A stretch of 44,960 nt of DNA from a virus. Position numbers and translations under genes: made by a program. Location: IMG/VR virus record IMGVR_UViG_3300031728_000001. One strand, 5' to 3'. Of the stretch, positions 1 to 9,371 are shown in pieces. Each line of letters starts with the position of its first letter. The first letter of the stretch is position 1. Under the pieces are notes generated by a model. That model did no database searches. It saw only the letters and a program-made list of their open reading frames with translations, and was not told the DNA's origin.

Positions 1-2
1 GT

Positions 3-383
3 TGGTTTGTGAAAGGAATAAGAAAAAATAATCCTGATTGGCTTGTGGTAGATAAAGGTGATGATGTTAGTGAGAAAAAACAGACTTGGTGGGGCATAGA
101 AGAAATAACATGTGCCAACAAGTTATTAAGACATTATGGACCAGAGATTGTAGAGAAAACTGTTGAGTGGTTTTGTGATAATTGGCAAGCCATGATTGAT
201 AATAGTAATGGAAAACTTTCTGGTGCACCTAATGTTAGATTTTTATGGGTTGGTAGAGATAGAATATTTGTTGATGCCAAGTTAGGAAATGTACCAGGTG
301 AAAAGAAGCCAAAGAAGAAAAAACATATGGTAGGTGAGTACAATGCAGAGCGTGCAAAAAAACGGCCAAGGGTTGGCTGGTAG
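3..383 (+). CDS. partial CDS, C-terminal part of unknown protein (possibly replication-associated) just upstream of the helicase-loader gene
   Basis: The frame is open to the window edge and ends at TAG 381-383. It sits directly before the DnaC-like gene. Lys-rich tail. Confidence 0.4.
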   Translation, partial: WFVKGIRKNNPDWLVVDKGDDVSEKKQTWWGIEEITCANKLLRHYGPEIVEKTVEWFCDNWQAMIDNSNGKLSGAPNVRFLWVGRDRIFVDAKLGNVPGEKKPKKKKHMVGEYNAERAKKRPRVGW

Positions 384-1026
384 AATGTTTTCCAATGTTA
401 TATTTAGACGTGAATTAGATATTAAAGATTTAGAACGAATGTGTATTCCTAAGCGTTATTGGAAAGCGAGCTACTATAATCTTACGGATAATGGTGGCGA
501 AGAAAGTCTTAGGAATATGGTTGGAAATTATATTTCTAATATGGCTAAAATGCGAAAAGAAGGTGGGGGATTTATATTTTATGGTGATAATGGGACTGGT
601 AAATCATGTGCATCTGTAGTATTGGCAAAAGAATTTCGTAGAAGAGGTAATACTGTTTTATTCATAGAAGCTGCTGATTTGAAGCGATTGGTTGCCAGTA
701 AAGAATATTTTGATGACAATGAGACATATTGGGAACGTTCCAAAGATGTAGACGTATTAGTAATTGATGATTTTGGAAAAGGGATAATGGATGATACTGG
801 ATTTGGTGCAACTATTTTTGATGAATTAATTAGGTCTAGAAATGCAAATAAAAAAGTTACAATAATTACGTCTAATATTGAACCACACGAATGGGTTAGT
901 GAATTGACATTGAAGAATTCTACTATTCATACATTGGAAGAATGTACAATTCCTGTTCATGTTATTGGGGATAATCAAAGGAATGGTTCTATACAAAAAT
1001 TAAGGTCACTTTTGAAAGATAATTGA
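334..1026 (+). CDS. DnaC/IstB-like AAA+ helicase loader
   Basis: Walker A GDNGTGKS, Walker B VLVIDDFGKG, and a TIITSN sensor motif. An in-frame ATG at 385 right after the upstream stop is an alternative start. Confidence 0.75.
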   Translation: MSTMQSVQKNGQGLAGRMFSNVIFRRELDIKDLERMCIPKRYWKASYYNLTDNGGEESLRNMVGNYISNMAKMRKEGGGFIFYGDNGTGKSCASVVLAKEFRRRGNTVLFIEAADLKRLVASKEYFDDNETYWERSKDVDVLVIDDFGKGIMDDTGFGATIFDELIRSRNANKKVTIITSNIEPHEWVSELTLKNSTIHTLEECTIPVHVIGDNQRNGSIQKLRSLLKDN

Positions 1027-1033
1027 GGATGAA

Positions 1034-2359
1034 ATGGGAGATAACAAGACTCCTCCATATAATGAAGAAGCTGAAAATGCTGTTCTTGGGTCTGTTCTTT
1101 TGAATAATGATTGTTGGGGTGAGGTTTTTGCCAATGTAAATGAAGAAGATTTTTATATAAATTCCAATAGAATAATTTTTTATGGCATGTATTCTTTGTT
1201 CGAGGCTGGGATACCTATTGATCATGTCACATTAGGAAACAGATTAAGAGAGCAAGGTCAACTAAAAAATATAGGTGGTGCAATTGCATTATCGCAATTG
1301 ACAGATTTTGTATCTGCACCGTCAAATGTGGGTCATTATGCAAATATAGTTAGAGAAGCCAGTGCTATACGTCGTGTAATATATAATGCTCAGAAAGTTG
1401 TTTATGATGGATTTAAAGCAGAAGGTATAGATTCTTTATCTCCTAGTCTTGAATCCCTGTTGAATGCAGCACAGGATCTTTCTAGGCATAGAATGCCACA
1501 TAATTTATTGGATATTGGAGGAAAGGTTCTTGAGAATTATAGAAAGGCTGCTGATGGATATAGGGGTATTCCATTTCCGTGGAAAACAATAGATGATATG
1601 ACGGCAGGTGCATGGCCCAAAACTGTTACTATGTTTGTTGCTCGACCTTCAGTTGGGAAAACGTTCGTCTGTGTTATATGTGGTAGACATGCATGGATGA
1701 AAGATAAACGTGTTTTGATTGTTTCACCAGAAATGAGTAAAGATGAGATAGCTGAGAGATTTTTTACTATCCATTCTGATGTTAGTTACCATAGTGTTAT
1801 TACTGGTCAACTTCCAACTGTTATGGAGCAAAAATTTGTAAATACAATTAATGGTGAGGCTGGTAAGGATGGATTGTGGATTATGGATTCTGATGATGAT
1901 TTGAGTCCGCGTGGTATAGATGCTGCAATTCGTGCTTGTAATGCTGAGCTTGTTGCTGTTGATTCGATTTATGACCTACATATTAAAGGGGATCGTCGTG
2001 AGAGAGCCGTGGAGGCTCTTGGATGGATGAAGCGAAGTTGCAAGGAGCTTGGCTATGCTGCGATAGGCTTTGCACAGCAGAATAGGACTGCTGAGCTTTC
2101 AGAGAAGAAGGGTGGAGGGGCAAGGCTTGGAACAATTGCATTAGCTGATGAGATTGGGCAGGATGTTCATGCTGTTTATGCATTAATACAAAATAAAGAT
2201 GATAAAGATGATAAAGTAATGAAATTTAAGCCATTAAAACTTCGTAGAGGGCAATATAAAAAGCCAGAAGTAAAAGTGCATTGGGATTTTGATAGAATGG
2301 AGTTTGGTGAAATTGAAGAAGAGGAAAATAATGAAGAGGAAGATGGGATACCATTTTAG
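1034..2359 (+). CDS. dnaB: DnaB-family replicative DNA helicase (ends in SSB-like EDGIPF tail)
   Basis: The N-terminal domain (NEEAENAVLGSVLLN) resembles DnaB. RecA-like core with Walker A ARPSVGKT. Size 441 aa. Confidence 0.8.
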   Translation: MGDNKTPPYNEEAENAVLGSVLLNNDCWGEVFANVNEEDFYINSNRIIFYGMYSLFEAGIPIDHVTLGNRLREQGQLKNIGGAIALSQLTDFVSAPSNVGHYANIVREASAIRRVIYNAQKVVYDGFKAEGIDSLSPSLESLLNAAQDLSRHRMPHNLLDIGGKVLENYRKAADGYRGIPFPWKTIDDMTAGAWPKTVTMFVARPSVGKTFVCVICGRHAWMKDKRVLIVSPEMSKDEIAERFFTIHSDVSYHSVITGQLPTVMEQKFVNTINGEAGKDGLWIMDSDDDLSPRGIDAAIRACNAELVAVDSIYDLHIKGDRRERAVEALGWMKRSCKELGYAAIGFAQQNRTAELSEKKGGGARLGTIALADEIGQDVHAVYALIQNKDDKDDKVMKFKPLKLRRGQYKKPEVKVHWDFDRMEFGEIEEEENNEEEDGIPF

Positions 2360-2388
2360 TTGACAAACTTTAAATGTGGTGTTATTTA
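2360..2388 (+). promoter_or_regulatory. putative sigma-70-type promoter (TTGACA, 17 nt spacer, TATTTA)
   Basis: Member of the repeated GTTGACAAA box family. The -10 is weak. Confidence 0.3.
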
Positions 2389-2503
2389 CAGTTTTGGAAG
2401 GTTGTTGTAGAGAGTTTTGATGATGATTTTGTTAATAGTTGATTTCTTTATTAAAGATATAATTGGTCTATTTGGCATAGTAGTTAATATGACGTGAAAA
2501 ATA

Positions 2504-2525
2504 TTGGCGAACTCGAGTTCGCCAA
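2504..2525. repeat. copy 1 of GCGAACTCGAGTTCGC palindrome (extended to a 22-bp perfect palindrome)
   Basis: ttGGCGAACTCGAGTTCGCCaa. Intergenic, 58 nt upstream of the 2583 start. Confidence 0.9.
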
Positions 2526-2582
2526 ATGGTGCTAATGGAGCACTAAAAAGATGGTGATATAGGATCACGAAATGGAGAAAAA

Positions 2583-3593
2583 ATGGGCATTGGAACTTAT
2601 AGTAAAGGATGGGGAGACCCAGATGAATATGATAGTTATGATAGCGATTATGATAGTAGTGATAGTGGGAATAAGATTACTGAAAATGAAAGACTCTATA
2701 GATTTAGATTTTCAATTCCAACACCAAAGGGTACGGATAAAAAACCAAATTTAGTAAATCCTGGTTCATCTGCTACTAAACGAGTGCTTTTTTTGGATGG
2801 TTCTCCTTTTAATATTTATGAACATAGTTTATGGAGATTTAAAAATGCTTATAATATTTTTCAGGCATTTACAGCAATTTGTTTAGAAAAAAATGGTATC
2901 TCAAAGATACCATGTCCTGTTTGTTCTAAAAAAGGTGGAAAGGATTTTGCATATTTTATTGGATTTTTACCAGTTATTGACATGGGACAGGTTGAACGGA
3001 TAGGAAATAGGGTAAGATTGCATCATGAATATTGGGAGAATGATAATGGTGACCGATTTGAGAGGTCTTTTCAGAGAGTTTTACTAGGTGCTAAAAGAGG
3101 ATCTGTTGATAATCCAGGTGTTATGAAGACATTACAGAGAAGGTTAGCAGAAATAAGGCAACAACATGGTATTGAAGATTTGACTGGTACAATATGGGAT
3201 ACAACTAGAACTGGAAAAAAAGAACCTATTGTAGGTAATGATTGGTCTTTTGTAGATAGAATTTTACCTGAACACTTTGAGGAATATCTTGTTAGATGGG
3301 GTGCAGATCCAGAATATTTAAAATTGGATATACCAGTATATACAGACCCAGATTCGAAAAAAGGGGTATTTGATATTGATGTTGATGATTATCAGGCAAA
3401 ACTTGATGAACTTGTAGGATGGGGAGATAATAGAGGTAATAAATCGTTTCATGATGGACAAAGACAAGGGATGGTACGTAGTAATATGCAAACTGGCATG
3501 AGAGAGCCTCCTAAAACGTATGGAGTTGGTTTTGGTAATAGTGGTCAATATGTAGGACCTAATGGTCCCAATGATGATGATATACCGTTTTGA
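2583..3593 (+). CDS. hypothetical protein with Gly-rich linker and SSB-type C-terminal DDDIPF tail; possible ssDNA-binding protein
   Basis: The C-terminus ...GPNGPNDDDIPF matches the acidic tip of bacterial SSB. Acidic Asp/Ser/Tyr-rich N-terminus. SD ggag 6 nt upstream. Confidence 0.6.
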   Translation: MGIGTYSKGWGDPDEYDSYDSDYDSSDSGNKITENERLYRFRFSIPTPKGTDKKPNLVNPGSSATKRVLFLDGSPFNIYEHSLWRFKNAYNIFQAFTAICLEKNGISKIPCPVCSKKGGKDFAYFIGFLPVIDMGQVERIGNRVRLHHEYWENDNGDRFERSFQRVLLGAKRGSVDNPGVMKTLQRRLAEIRQQHGIEDLTGTIWDTTRTGKKEPIVGNDWSFVDRILPEHFEEYLVRWGADPEYLKLDIPVYTDPDSKKGVFDIDVDDYQAKLDELVGWGDNRGNKSFHDGQRQGMVRSNMQTGMREPPKTYGVGFGNSGQYVGPNGPNDDDIPF

Positions 3594-3602
3594 GGTTGTA
3601 TT

Positions 3603-6176
3603 ATGAAAGTTGTTGTAAGTGGAAATGTTTGGTTGCCAATTGATGATTTGTCTGCTCAACAGATTTTAAATATAAAAGAATTATTAACGATATATCCTAA
3701 GAAGACGACAGATATTGCTACAAAGGCAGATCCAAAGCCTATTTATATGTATGATGAAAAGGAGGATTTCATTGGTGTTCCTAGAGCATGGTATAGGAAA
3801 AATGTTACAAAGGAACATGATGAAATATTAAAAATATCATATGGTAGTAAAATGTCAGACTTTACTACTAGATATCAGGCAACTGGAAATTTCATTGAAC
3901 AGGAAGCTGTAATAAGAACATTTCTTGCTAGAATGGAGGGTAAAAAGTGGGATGGTTTTTTGTTGAAAGCAGGATGCGCTTTTGGAAAGGCATTAAAAAA
4001 TGGAGAACCTGTTTTAACATCTAATGGTTATATTCCTATAGAAAAATTAACTGTTAATGATATGGTAGCAGGAACTGATGGTAATTTTTATAATGTGACT
4101 GGTGTGTATTCACAAGGTATACGTGATTTATATAGGATTAAATTTACTGATAATACGTATATTGATTGTGATGGTGATCATTTATGGACATTTGTTATTA
4201 GGCGTAGAAAAGGAAAAGTAGTTACAATTAAAACTAAAGATTTATTTTTATCTGATTTACGAGAAAAAAGTGGAAGACTATTTTGGTTGCCAGATATATC
4301 TCCTGTTGATTTTGGAAGAAATGATATATTGCCAATTGATCCATATACATTAGGTGTAATATTAGGTGATGGAAATATAAGTGATTTAAGATCTGTCTAT
4401 ATTACTACTGAGGATTTTGATATAATTAATAATTGTAAACTTCCTCCTGGAAATAGATTTGTTCGTCGCAAGGATAATAGTGGAAGGGCTACTACATATA
4501 GGATTTCTCAAGATGTTAGTAGTTCTAAAATGTTTAAGAATGATTCATTACGTCTTAGATTGAAATCTATCGGGTTGATGGGATGTAATTCTCATGATAA
4601 GTTTATTCCTGATATTTATGAATATGCAAGTATAAATAATAGATTGTCATTATTACGTGGGTTATTTGATGCAGATGGTTATCCAATTTCAAGTGGAATT
4701 GTTGAATATACAACTGTTTCAAAGGTAATGGCAGATTCTGTTTTTAGAATAGTAAATTCGTTGGGTGGTACATGCATAAATAAATATAGGAAAACTAAAT
4801 ATACTAAAAAAGATGGTTCAAAATCTAAATGGTTTTATAGTTATAGACTTATTATTAAATTGCCTAAGAATATGAATCCACATAGTTTATATAGAAAAAA
4901 ATGTATTATTAATAATGCAAAATGGCAAAGAAAAATTGGAAGAGCTGTTGATTCTGTTTGTAAAATTGGAAGTGATGAAGCTACATGTATTTCTGTAAAT
5001 AGTCCAGATCATCTTTTTTTGACAAAGAATTGTATTCCTACACATAATACCGCTACTTCATTGGAGTTTGCTAGACGTGTTGGCCGTAAGACATTAATTA
5101 TTGTTCATAAAGAGTTTTTTTTAAAACAATGGAAGAATAGAATAAAAAAATTTATGCCAGATGCTAAAGTTGGAATTATTCGTCAGAATAAATGTGAATT
5201 TGAGGATTGTGATTTTGTTATTGCAATGCTTCAATCTTTAGTGAGGGATAAAGATAGTCATAAGTATCCAGAAAGGATATATAAATCGGAATTTGGAATT
5301 GTTATTAGTGATGAATGTCATAGAATAGCTGCTTCTTCATGGTCATCTGTTTTACCTAGATTTAATGCTGCATGGAGAGTTGGTTTAACAGCAACTCCTA
5401 GACGAAAAGATGGTGCACAAGACGTATTTTTTAATCATATAAGTGATGTTACATATTCTGCTAAAACTAAGGCGCAAGTGCCTGGTTTGAGAGTGTTAAA
5501 GACTTATTCATGTTTGAAACCGATAAGAAGGGGTAATTATTATGTATCAGTTGATAATTTGAATAGTGCTCAAATTTTAACTCAGCTTGGAAAGGATCAG
5601 TTTAGAGCAAAAGATATTGTTGATCAATTAGTATTGGCTGTTCAAAATGGTCGTAAAATAATAGTTGTTAGTGAAAGACTTTATCATTTGAAACTTATGA
5701 GTGACATGTTGATGAATTCTTTATTTGACCTTGATTTGCCATTTGAACCTACTATTGATTTTTGTACTGGTGAATGGTTTTCTGGAGAAGTATGGGAAGA
5801 ATCAAATAGTAGGCATAAAAAAGGTGACCCTAAAATGGTCAAAAGAACAGAAGCTGATTTTGATAAAGCAGAACGTGCTAATGTAATTTTTGCAACTAAG
5901 CAGAGCATTGAAGAAGGATTTGATGTTGAAGCGCTTGATGTGTTGGTTCTTTCGATGCCTATGGGAGATATAGAACAAATAGTTGGTCGCGCTAGAAGGT
6001 GGTGTTATCAAGACAAGGAAAAATGTGAACATTATTGTCCATGGAGAGTTGGTAATTGTAAAGAAAAACCTAAACCTATTATAGTTGATGTTGTAGATGA
6101 GAATATTCCCCAGCTTTTACCGAAATGGAGGCGCAGACAGAAGTTCTATAGGAAAATTGGAACAGAAGTGTCTTGA
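3603..6176 (+). CDS. SF2 (DExH) DNA/RNA helicase interrupted by an intein
   Basis: Motif II ISDECH, motif III GLTATPRR, motif VI QIVGRARR, and motif Ia-like RKTLIIVHKEFFLKQW. The motif I region is split by the intein. Confidence 0.75.
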   Translation: MKVVVSGNVWLPIDDLSAQQILNIKELLTIYPKKTTDIATKADPKPIYMYDEKEDFIGVPRAWYRKNVTKEHDEILKISYGSKMSDFTTRYQATGNFIEQEAVIRTFLARMEGKKWDGFLLKAGCAFGKALKNGEPVLTSNGYIPIEKLTVNDMVAGTDGNFYNVTGVYSQGIRDLYRIKFTDNTYIDCDGDHLWTFVIRRRKGKVVTIKTKDLFLSDLREKSGRLFWLPDISPVDFGRNDILPIDPYTLGVILGDGNISDLRSVYITTEDFDIINNCKLPPGNRFVRRKDNSGRATTYRISQDVSSSKMFKNDSLRLRLKSIGLMGCNSHDKFIPDIYEYASINNRLSLLRGLFDADGYPISSGIVEYTTVSKVMADSVFRIVNSLGGTCINKYRKTKYTKKDGSKSKWFYSYRLIIKLPKNMNPHSLYRKKCIINNAKWQRKIGRAVDSVCKIGSDEATCISVNSPDHLFLTKNCIPTHNTATSLEFARRVGRKTLIIVHKEFFLKQWKNRIKKFMPDAKVGIIRQNKCEFEDCDFVIAMLQSLVRDKDSHKYPERIYKSEFGIVISDECHRIAASSWSSVLPRFNAAWRVGLTATPRRKDGAQDVFFNHISDVTYSAKTKAQVPGLRVLKTYSCLKPIRRGNYYVSVDNLNSAQILTQLGKDQFRAKDIVDQLVLAVQNGRKIIVVSERLYHLKLMSDMLMNSLFDLDLPFEPTIDFCTGEWFSGEVWEESNSRHKKGDPKMVKRTEADFDKAERANVIFATKQSIEEGFDVEALDVLVLSMPMGDIEQIVGRARRWCYQDKEKCEHYCPWRVGNCKEKPKPIIVDVVDENIPQLLPKWRRRQKFYRKIGTEVS
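3975..5048 (+). mobile_element. intein (HINT splicing domain plus LAGLIDADG homing endonuclease), 358 aa, inserted in helicase motif I
   Basis: Starts with Cys (CAFGKAL..PVLTSNGYIPIEKL, block A). LAGLIDADG motifs LGVILGDGN and LLRGLFDADGY. Ends ..IPTHN followed by Thr+1. Confidence 0.8.
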
Positions 6177-6210
6177 TTTTCGGAACATTGGGGATGGAAG
6201 GAATGTTTTT

Positions 6211-6723
6211 ATGAGTAGTAGTTCCGATAGCCGAAAAGAATATCAACGTATGTATTATGAAACAAACAGAGAAAAAATTTCAGAACGAAAGAAAGAAAGA
6301 TATCAAAAAGATTCCAAGGTGAGAGAGCGTGCAAAGGAATTAGCAAGATTAAATAGGGCTAAAAAAAAAGCTGAGATGGATAAATTAAGAGCTGAAGGAA
6401 AAATACCAAAATCTAAACCAAGAAAACGCAATAATGGTCCTATTTATATTATTGTTAATGGCAAAAAGTGTGTTGGTCTTTCAATTAATGATTTAGCTGA
6501 AAATATTGGTCGTCCTGTATCTACAGTAAAAAATTGGATTAAATCGGGTGTTATACCTGATACACCATTTAAAACTGGTAGAGGAAAAAGATTGTATAGT
6601 ATTGGTATGATTTTAATTGTTAAAATGGTATTGCAATCAAGAGGTATTATTCTATTTCTTGATACAGAAATTTATAATAAAATAGTTAAAGAATGGAGTA
6701 AGTTAGGTGTAAATGTTTGTTGA
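6211..6723 (+). CDS. basic protein with C-terminal excisionase/MerR-like HTH (putative DNA-binding protein)
   Basis: ATG 6211 is within ORF 6097-6723 and avoids overlap with the helicase. Motif LAENIGRPVSTVKNWIKSGVIPDTPFKTGRGKRLYS. Confidence 0.45.
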   Translation: MSSSSDSRKEYQRMYYETNREKISERKKERYQKDSKVRERAKELARLNRAKKKAEMDKLRAEGKIPKSKPRKRNNGPIYIIVNGKKCVGLSINDLAENIGRPVSTVKNWIKSGVIPDTPFKTGRGKRLYSIGMILIVKMVLQSRGIILFLDTEIYNKIVKEWSKLGVNVC

Positions 6724-6775
6724 TAAACTGTTTTTTAGGTTGTAAATATATTGTTTTGTTGAATGAGGAGGAAAA

Positions 6776-7346
6776 GATGAAAATTGAAAATGAAGGTAAT
6801 GTTTGTAAGTCTAAATTGGTAAAATACAGAGGTGAACCAAAAGGATATTCAGGTTATCATAACGGAAGCGGTAAGATAGGTGTTCATTCTAATCGTACTG
6901 ATTTGTTTTCTTATGGATTTAGTGCAGGAAGAACAATTTTTCTTAGAAAATATGAGTTTGGTAGGATTAAGCTTTCTGTTAAAGTGAAATTTGATAATAG
7001 TGATGATTATTCTATTGTTAAAAGAGCTGTTAAAGATTTTATTTTGGAAATGCTTAAAAGGGAAGAATATGGACTTGAAGAAAAAGAATATAAGCCACAA
7101 TTTGAAGCAAATACAATTGGTATTTTGAATGCCTGTATGGATAGGAATATATTTATTTCATATGGTTTGACGTTAAAGGGAGCTAAAGAATATGAATCTC
7201 ATCAAGTAGATACAATGGAAGAAATACCAATTTCTGATAATGATAATATTGTAGAAATATTTGAGGTTATATCTGATGATATGGCTTCTGATATTGCAGA
7301 CCAATTTTCTAGAATTAAATCATTAGAAAGCGACAAAGGGATATGA
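6776..7346 (+). CDS. hypothetical protein
   Basis: SD gaggagg precedes ATG 6776 (internal start of ORF 6717-7346). Confidence 0.5.
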
Positions 7347-7347
7347 A

Positions 7348-8613
7348 ATGGACACTAAAATGGACACAAAGCGTCCTGGCCTTTCAGTGCTTAAGAGATT
7401 GATCAACAAAGAACATGGTTCTGGAACAATTGGTAGTGCTGGTTCTGTTAAGAATATACCTAGATTGTCAACAGGTAGTTTATCTTTTGATAGGGCATTA
7501 GGTGGTGGTATTGCTGTTGGTAGAACAACTATTTTTGCTGGAGATGAATCATCTGGAAAGACAACAAATGCTTTACGGGTAATAGGACTTGCTCAAAATA
7601 TATGTGCAAATTGTTATAGGCCAGTAAAAGATTTGAGTGTTTCAGAAGTTGTTGATTCAGAAGGTGATACATACTGGAGTGCAGAAGGAAAGTGTGATTG
7701 TTTTAGTCGTGGGATTTTTAAGCCTATTAAATATGATGATGAAAAAGAATCTGATTTTAAAAAACGATTAGAAAGATATAAAGAAAATTCGTATGAAGAA
7801 TTTAGTGTTGTATTTTTTGACCCAGAAGGGACGTTCGATAAGGTATGGGCTGCAAAATTGGGTGTTGATATTCGTAGATTATTGTATGTTCAAGCTGAAA
7901 CAACAGAGGAGGTATGTGATATATATGAGAGTTTAGTAAGAACTGGAGAAATTGATTTGTTTGTGCTTGATTCTATTGCTGCTATGACACCATCTGCAGA
8001 AATTGAGAATAGTTTAGCTGAATGGCAACAAGGATTGCAAGCGAGACTGATGAATAAGTTTATTAGGAAAGTGTTATCTAGTATTACTTCTGTTATGAAG
8101 TCAAAAGGTAGAGCACCAACACATATTTGGATAAATCAATTTAGGGAAAAAATTGGTGGGTCATCATTCGGTGATAATCGTGTGATGACATCAGGAAAAG
8201 GACAATTGTTTTTTGCTAGTACAATTGTAAATTTTTGGACATCAAAATGGACTAAAGAGGAACAAGATAAGGATATTTTTGGTAAGGATTTGATGTCTGA
8301 AATTGGTACTAGAGTGAAAGTTAGTTATAAGACCGAAAAGAACAAGACGGCACCTGCAAAACAAATGGGTAGCTATTATATGTGGATTGCAGGGGATAAT
8401 GCTGGAAAAATAGATGAATTAAAATATGTTATTGGTATGGCTTCTAAATTAAATATGTATAGAGAAGTTGGAGATGGTTCAAATAAGACATGGTATGTTG
8501 GTAATGAAAAATATACTAGAAAAAAGGATGCTATGGCTAGAATAGAAGAATCAGCTACTTTCGAAAAGCTTAGGAAGATTTTATTGGATAGGATATTAGA
8601 TGGGAAAATATGA
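7348..8613 (+). CDS. recA: RecA-family recombinase with Cys4 insertion
   Basis: LSTGSLSFDRALGGGIAVGRTTIFAGDESSGKTT matches the RecA L1/Walker A region. VLDSIAAMTPSAEIE matches RecA VVDSVAALTPKAEIE. Confidence 0.75.
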   Translation: MDTKMDTKRPGLSVLKRLINKEHGSGTIGSAGSVKNIPRLSTGSLSFDRALGGGIAVGRTTIFAGDESSGKTTNALRVIGLAQNICANCYRPVKDLSVSEVVDSEGDTYWSAEGKCDCFSRGIFKPIKYDDEKESDFKKRLERYKENSYEEFSVVFFDPEGTFDKVWAAKLGVDIRRLLYVQAETTEEVCDIYESLVRTGEIDLFVLDSIAAMTPSAEIENSLAEWQQGLQARLMNKFIRKVLSSITSVMKSKGRAPTHIWINQFREKIGGSSFGDNRVMTSGKGQLFFASTIVNFWTSKWTKEEQDKDIFGKDLMSEIGTRVKVSYKTEKNKTAPAKQMGSYYMWIAGDNAGKIDELKYVIGMASKLNMYREVGDGSNKTWYVGNEKYTRKKDAMARIEESATFEKLRKILLDRILDGKI

Positions 8614-8974
8614 ACCTAGGAGATATATTGGTAGTAGTGGTGGAAGTCCAACAGAACAAGAGAATCGGTTAGCTAAAAGATTTGGTGGTAAGCGTGTTGG
8701 TGGGTCTGGTGCTAATTATCATTCAAAAGGAGATGTAAGGGATGTTTATGTGAGAGATAAAGAATTCTTGATTGAGGCAAAACAAACTAAAAAAGCAAGT
8801 ATTTCTGTTAAATGGGACTGGTTAAAGAAAATTTCCAGAGAAGCAGAAGATAATAATTGTGAACCTGTATTGGCTATAGAAATAAAGGGAGGGGAATTTG
8901 ATAGTACCACCGATAGGGATTGGGTAATGATTCCAGCAAGGGTTTTTGAGGAATTTAGAAGGTTGATAAAATGA
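8600..8974 (+). CDS. PD-(D/E)xK nuclease, Hjc/RecU-like Holliday junction resolvase candidate
   Basis: Pattern E..ENRLAKRFGG...GGSG...GDVRD...FLIEAKQTK resembles archaeal-type Hjc (GD...E.K). Confidence 0.45.
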   Translation: MGKYEPRRYIGSSGGSPTEQENRLAKRFGGKRVGGSGANYHSKGDVRDVYVRDKEFLIEAKQTKKASISVKWDWLKKISREAEDNNCEPVLAIEIKGGEFDSTTDRDWVMIPARVFEEFRRLIK

Positions 8975-9354
8975 GAACGACATTAGAAGAAGATTTCAAA
9001 AAAATAGGTATAGATATTGGTGGTGAAGAATTTACTTCAATGGCATATTGTATGCCTAAAAGTGATGGTTCTTTTGTAATTAATGATGTTATAAAAATAA
9101 AAGAAGTAACAAAAGTTAGTATTAATCCTGGTGATATGTTGGTTGTTCATATTGATACTGAAGGATTACCAGCAAATTGTTTGTATGAATCTGTAATTGG
9201 AAAAGTATCTGATGATTTGAAGAAATTATATGATAAAGATATTAAAGTTATGATTTGTGATGAAAGAACAAGAGTTGAAGTTGTAAAGAAGAACAGTAAA
9301 AGAAAAAGAGAGTACAGAAAGACAAAAATAGAAATGGGTATATGGAAGAGTTGA
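8971..9354 (+). CDS. hypothetical protein
   Basis: ORF with ATGA overlap to the upstream gene. Confidence 0.5.
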   Translation: MRTTLEEDFKKIGIDIGGEEFTSMAYCMPKSDGSFVINDVIKIKEVTKVSINPGDMLVVHIDTEGLPANCLYESVIGKVSDDLKKLYDKDIKVMICDERTRVEVVKKNSKRKREYRKTKIEMGIWKS

Positions 9355-9371
9355 TAAAAGGATAAGTTTTT

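Noticed and set aside
2572-2754. ORF 2572-2754 (60 aa) overlapping the start of 2583-3593 in another frame
   Set aside because: It is entirely nested in the 5' end of the much longer 336-aa gene, and its product is a hydrophobic low-complexity sequence.
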